NCBI GenBank assembly: GCA_963787125.1
Contig: CAWBBV010000016.1
Location: forward strand, 194,798 to 258,797
Length of the DNA stretch: 64,000 nt
Direction of reading: 5' to 3'
DNA from: an uncultured delta proteobacterium
GTDB taxonomy: Bacteria; Desulfobacterota; Desulfuromonadia; Geobacterales; DSM-12255
Shown here: piece by piece, positions 61,598-64,000 of the stretch
Numbering within the stretch: position 1 is the first letter of the stretch
Layout of the letters: each line of letters starts with the position of its first letter
Translations under genes and position numbers: made by a program
The notes under the pieces: generated by a model
What the model saw: only the letters and a program-made list of their open reading frames with translations
The model's database searches: none
What the model was told of the DNA's origin: nothing

Positions 61598-61840
61598 ATG
61601 AGTCATGATGAGATTCTCGGGCTATCAATTCTACTGATCGCATTCATTATCTACTTCGGGCCGAGCATTTGGGTACTGGTGTCAGGTCGTTCCCATGGCG
61701 GCGCAAAGTTTGGTTGGTTTCTCGTAACAGTTTTCTTCTCATGGCTAGGGCTTGCGATATTTCTCATCGTCACGCAGGTCGTTGACCGAAAACTTCCGGG
61801 CCGGAATGAGACCTCGAAGATCTATGACAAGGAATTCTGA
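61598..61840 (+). CDS. Gene-cassette small membrane protein (2 TM)
   Basis: AAGGAG RBS; hydrophobic 80 aa ORF directly after the attC. Confidence 0.7.
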   Translation: MSHDEILGLSILLIAFIIYFGPSIWVLVSGRSHGGAKFGWFLVTVFFSWLGLAIFLIVTQVVDRKLPGRNETSKIYDKEF

Positions 61841-62018
61841 CTCAACACAGAAAGAAACACCTGACCGAAAGGCCGTCGGGAGTTCTCCCACCACGCTAAG
61901 CGGCGCTTAAGATGACCGAGTTTCGATTCATGAAGTAAGTGTAAAACTAACGTTGCTTGCTATTTAGCTAATCATGGCAATAGTTGATTAGCAAGCAACC
62001 CCTTTGGTCACCCAGCCC

Positions 62019-62138
62019 CCTCCTCGCGGAGACGCCCTTGCCTTCGGCTAGTACTTGGTTTACGCTGTCTCGCGACAGTGTTGGATTCACCGTACAGGGG
62101 ACTTGCACCCCATAAGTTCACGCCCATGACGGGCGTAC
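62019..62138 (-). mobile_element. Group IIC intron 5' fragment no. 2 in an attC site
   Basis: 62019-62142 repeats 60857-60980 (124 bp, 3 mismatches). Confidence 0.8.
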
Positions 62139-62201
62139 ACACGCCCTTGGACACTGGCGCGGCATACACCGCCGCGCAGGTCAAGGGCAGCCCCGTTATG
62201 T
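62139..62201 (+). other. attC site (left end interrupted by the intron stub)
   Basis: ACAC GCCCTTGGAC..GCGCGGC-loop-GCCGCGC..GTCAAGGGC..GTTATGT. Confidence 0.78.
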
Positions 62202-62250
62202 GAATCAAAAAATAGAAAAAATCACAAACGGAGGTTCAAATGAGCAACGT

Positions 62251-62576
62251 AGAGGGCAGAGGGGACATTCTATAGTCCACCTGTCAACTGAAAATATCGC
62301 TCTTTTAAAATCAAATAGTTAGTCATCCTTGCGGATTGCGGGCGCAGCTATCCCTTGCTTTGGTGAAATGGCGAGTCTCTCACTTACGGCAAACCTTGAG
62401 CTTAATCGTTACTTGTATCCGACATCCCCCGCCCGCATCGGGAACTGGGTTGTCTATCATTCCTTATCAAAGCTCCAAGATTTTAGTGAGATGCCCGGTA
62501 TTGTCCCTCCCGAGGTCATTGCTGCCTCTACGTTGTTAAACGGGCTTATCTCGCCTACTGCCTGCCTCTAGGGTGG
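62251..62576 (-). ncRNA. Candidate bridge/seek RNA region downstream of the IS110 transposase
   Basis: ~325-nt non-coding region 3' of tnp containing a near-perfect match to the element end/core; function inferred from IS110/IS1111 biology. Confidence 0.45.
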
Positions 62577-63866
62577 TTATCCCGTGAAGCAGGAAGGATT
62601 AAATGGTTCTCTCTTCTTCATAAGTGTCCAGGCCACAACCAAAAGCTTTGCCGCCAGCTTGACTTTCATCTTCAGGTTGATGCCGCGCTCAAGCTCGCGA
62701 CCTCTGATTAATTTGCTAAAGTAAGTCCTGATAACCGGATTCGCTGTGGAGGCAACCATTGCCGCTTGCACCAGGGCGTAACGCAGTGCCGCTTTCCCTT
62801 GCTTGGAGATCACCGGCTTGGCACTGTTGCTGTTCTTGCCGCTCCGCTCGGCACTTAAGTCCAGTCCGGCCAGACGCACTACCTGTCCCTGATTCTGAAA
62901 CCGGACAGGATTGCCGATGGCGGCAAGAACCATGGCCGAAATAATCGGACCGAATCCGGGAATAGACAGAAGGCACTCATATTCAGAAAACTGCTTTGCT
63001 GCTTTTGCCATCAACTGCTCATTACCCTTGACCGTTTCACGAATCGACTTCAGCTGGCAGACGAGACTCTTGGCCTCCCATCTGGCGGCGTCATGAACAA
63101 GGCAACCAACGGACTCTCCGGCAGTCTCCCAAAGCTCGCGCAGACGTCTTTCCTGTTCTATCCTGATCTTGCGTTTTGTAATGAGCTTCAGGAAGGCGTC
63201 GAACTCCATCCCGGCAATTTCCCTCGGGTCCAGACAATGTTCGGCAATTGAAAGAATCAGGTCGTCCGGTTGCCCTGCTTTGATGTAGAGCTGGTCCAAT
63301 TCGGGAAAGAACTGGGCAAGAACATTATTTCTCAGCCGCATTTTCAGTGCGTGCTCTTCCTTCTTCAGCCTGATCCTGAAACCAATCAGGCTGCGTAATT
63401 CACGCAGGTTCTCTTGCGGTAGCTCATAGAAGAGGCAGCGGCTCTGGCCCACCAGATCGGCAACATTGGCGGCATCCTTCTTGTCGTTCTTGTCCCAACG
63501 GCCATCCAGTAGCGCTCGATTCTTTGCCACGGCCACATTGGATACATAGACAACCTGCTCCTTCTGTCGCAGCAGATATTCGGCTAAGGGCTTGTGGTAG
63601 GAGGCTGTAGGCTCAAGTCCATACACAACCTCGACCAGGCCATGTTGATTCTTGAGATCTCCGGCTAAACTGCGCAGATTCTCGAATCCTTGTAAGCTGT
63701 TGTCAAAGATCATGTTCTTGCGTAGCGTTCTGCCATTGGGTGTTCCAAAGAAAGCATGGTGCTTGTTCTTGGCAACATCGATGCCGACTAGCAGATGTTT
63801 TTCCGAGCCCCTGACTGATGCCTTCATCTGTCTGAACAACGCCAGACTATCCGTTACAGCTTCCAT
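62577..63866 (-). CDS. IS110-family DEDD recombinase/transposase
   Basis: GIDVAK, LEPTA.YH, KND.KDA, SIPGFG, SG catalytic Ser region, ISKQG...LR. Confidence 0.95.
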   Translation of the reverse strand: MEAVTDSLALFRQMKASVRGSEKHLLVGIDVAKNKHHAFFGTPNGRTLRKNMIFDNSLQGFENLRSLAGDLKNQHGLVEVVYGLEPTASYHKPLAEYLLRQKEQVVYVSNVAVAKNRALLDGRWDKNDKKDAANVADLVGQSRCLFYELPQENLRELRSLIGFRIRLKKEEHALKMRLRNNVLAQFFPELDQLYIKAGQPDDLILSIAEHCLDPREIAGMEFDAFLKLITKRKIRIEQERRLRELWETAGESVGCLVHDAARWEAKSLVCQLKSIRETVKGNEQLMAKAAKQFSEYECLLSIPGFGPIISAMVLAAIGNPVRFQNQGQVVRLAGLDLSAERSGKNSNSAKPVISKQGKAALRYALVQAAMVASTANPVIRTYFSKLIRGRELERGINLKMKVKLAAKLLVVAWTLMKKREPFNPSCFTG

Positions 63867-64000
63867 TCTGTCCTCCTGGTATGTTGAATAAATGGCTATT
63901 CAATAACAGGCTGACAATAGAACTACAAGACTGGTAACTTATTATTTTATCTATAATTTCCGGGGAAAAATCTGTAGCTCTCAGTCATATATAACGTTGT

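Larger units (their letters stand above)
62246..63997 (-). mobile_element. IS110-family element with putative AACGT core at both ends
   Basis: AACGT at 62246-50 and 63993-97; removing the element restores GGAGG..ATG AGC AAC GTT GT. Confidence 0.65.

Noticed and set aside
60857..62142. 124-bp direct repeats as a CRISPR array or prophage att sites
   Set aside because: Too long, only two copies, no cas or integrase; the sequence matches a group IIC intron 5' end
62329..62571. Small + strand ORFs beside the IS110 transposase
   Set aside because: No RBS or motifs; better explained as the element's non-coding region

Overview
A 64-kb window that looks like Desulfuromonadia/Geobacteraceae chromosome, inferred from gene content and order. 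It has five parts. (1) An anaerobic-type cobalamin cluster in two opposed halves: cbiMN-fmdE-cbiQO-cbiX-C-D-ET-L on +, and cbiG, a cbiH-cobQ fusion and cbiB on -. (2) A ~12-kb defence/accessory island between cobQ and cbiB. It carries a HigBA-like TA pair, a HAF-repeat protein, an AAA+/DUF4143 ATPase and a type IC R-M operon hsdM-rhuM-hsdS-prrC-hsdR, with decayed attC-like sites. (3) Housekeeping and signalling genes, including a PilT with a duplicated N-terminal domain followed by a cNMP-binding protein with an Hfq/Sm-like C-terminus. (4) A pfaD-pfaA-pfaBC PUFA-synthase-like PKS cluster whose last gene has two +1 frameshifts. (5) A terminal mobile-element hotspot: an IS1182-family element sitting in a REP-like palindrome, an integrase-less attC cassette array with two group IIC intron 5' stubs, and an IS110-family element with a ~325-nt downstream non-coding region that matches its own recombination core. 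No rRNA, tRNA, CRISPR array or B12 riboswitch was recognised. All calls come from reading motifs by eye; no database searches were run.
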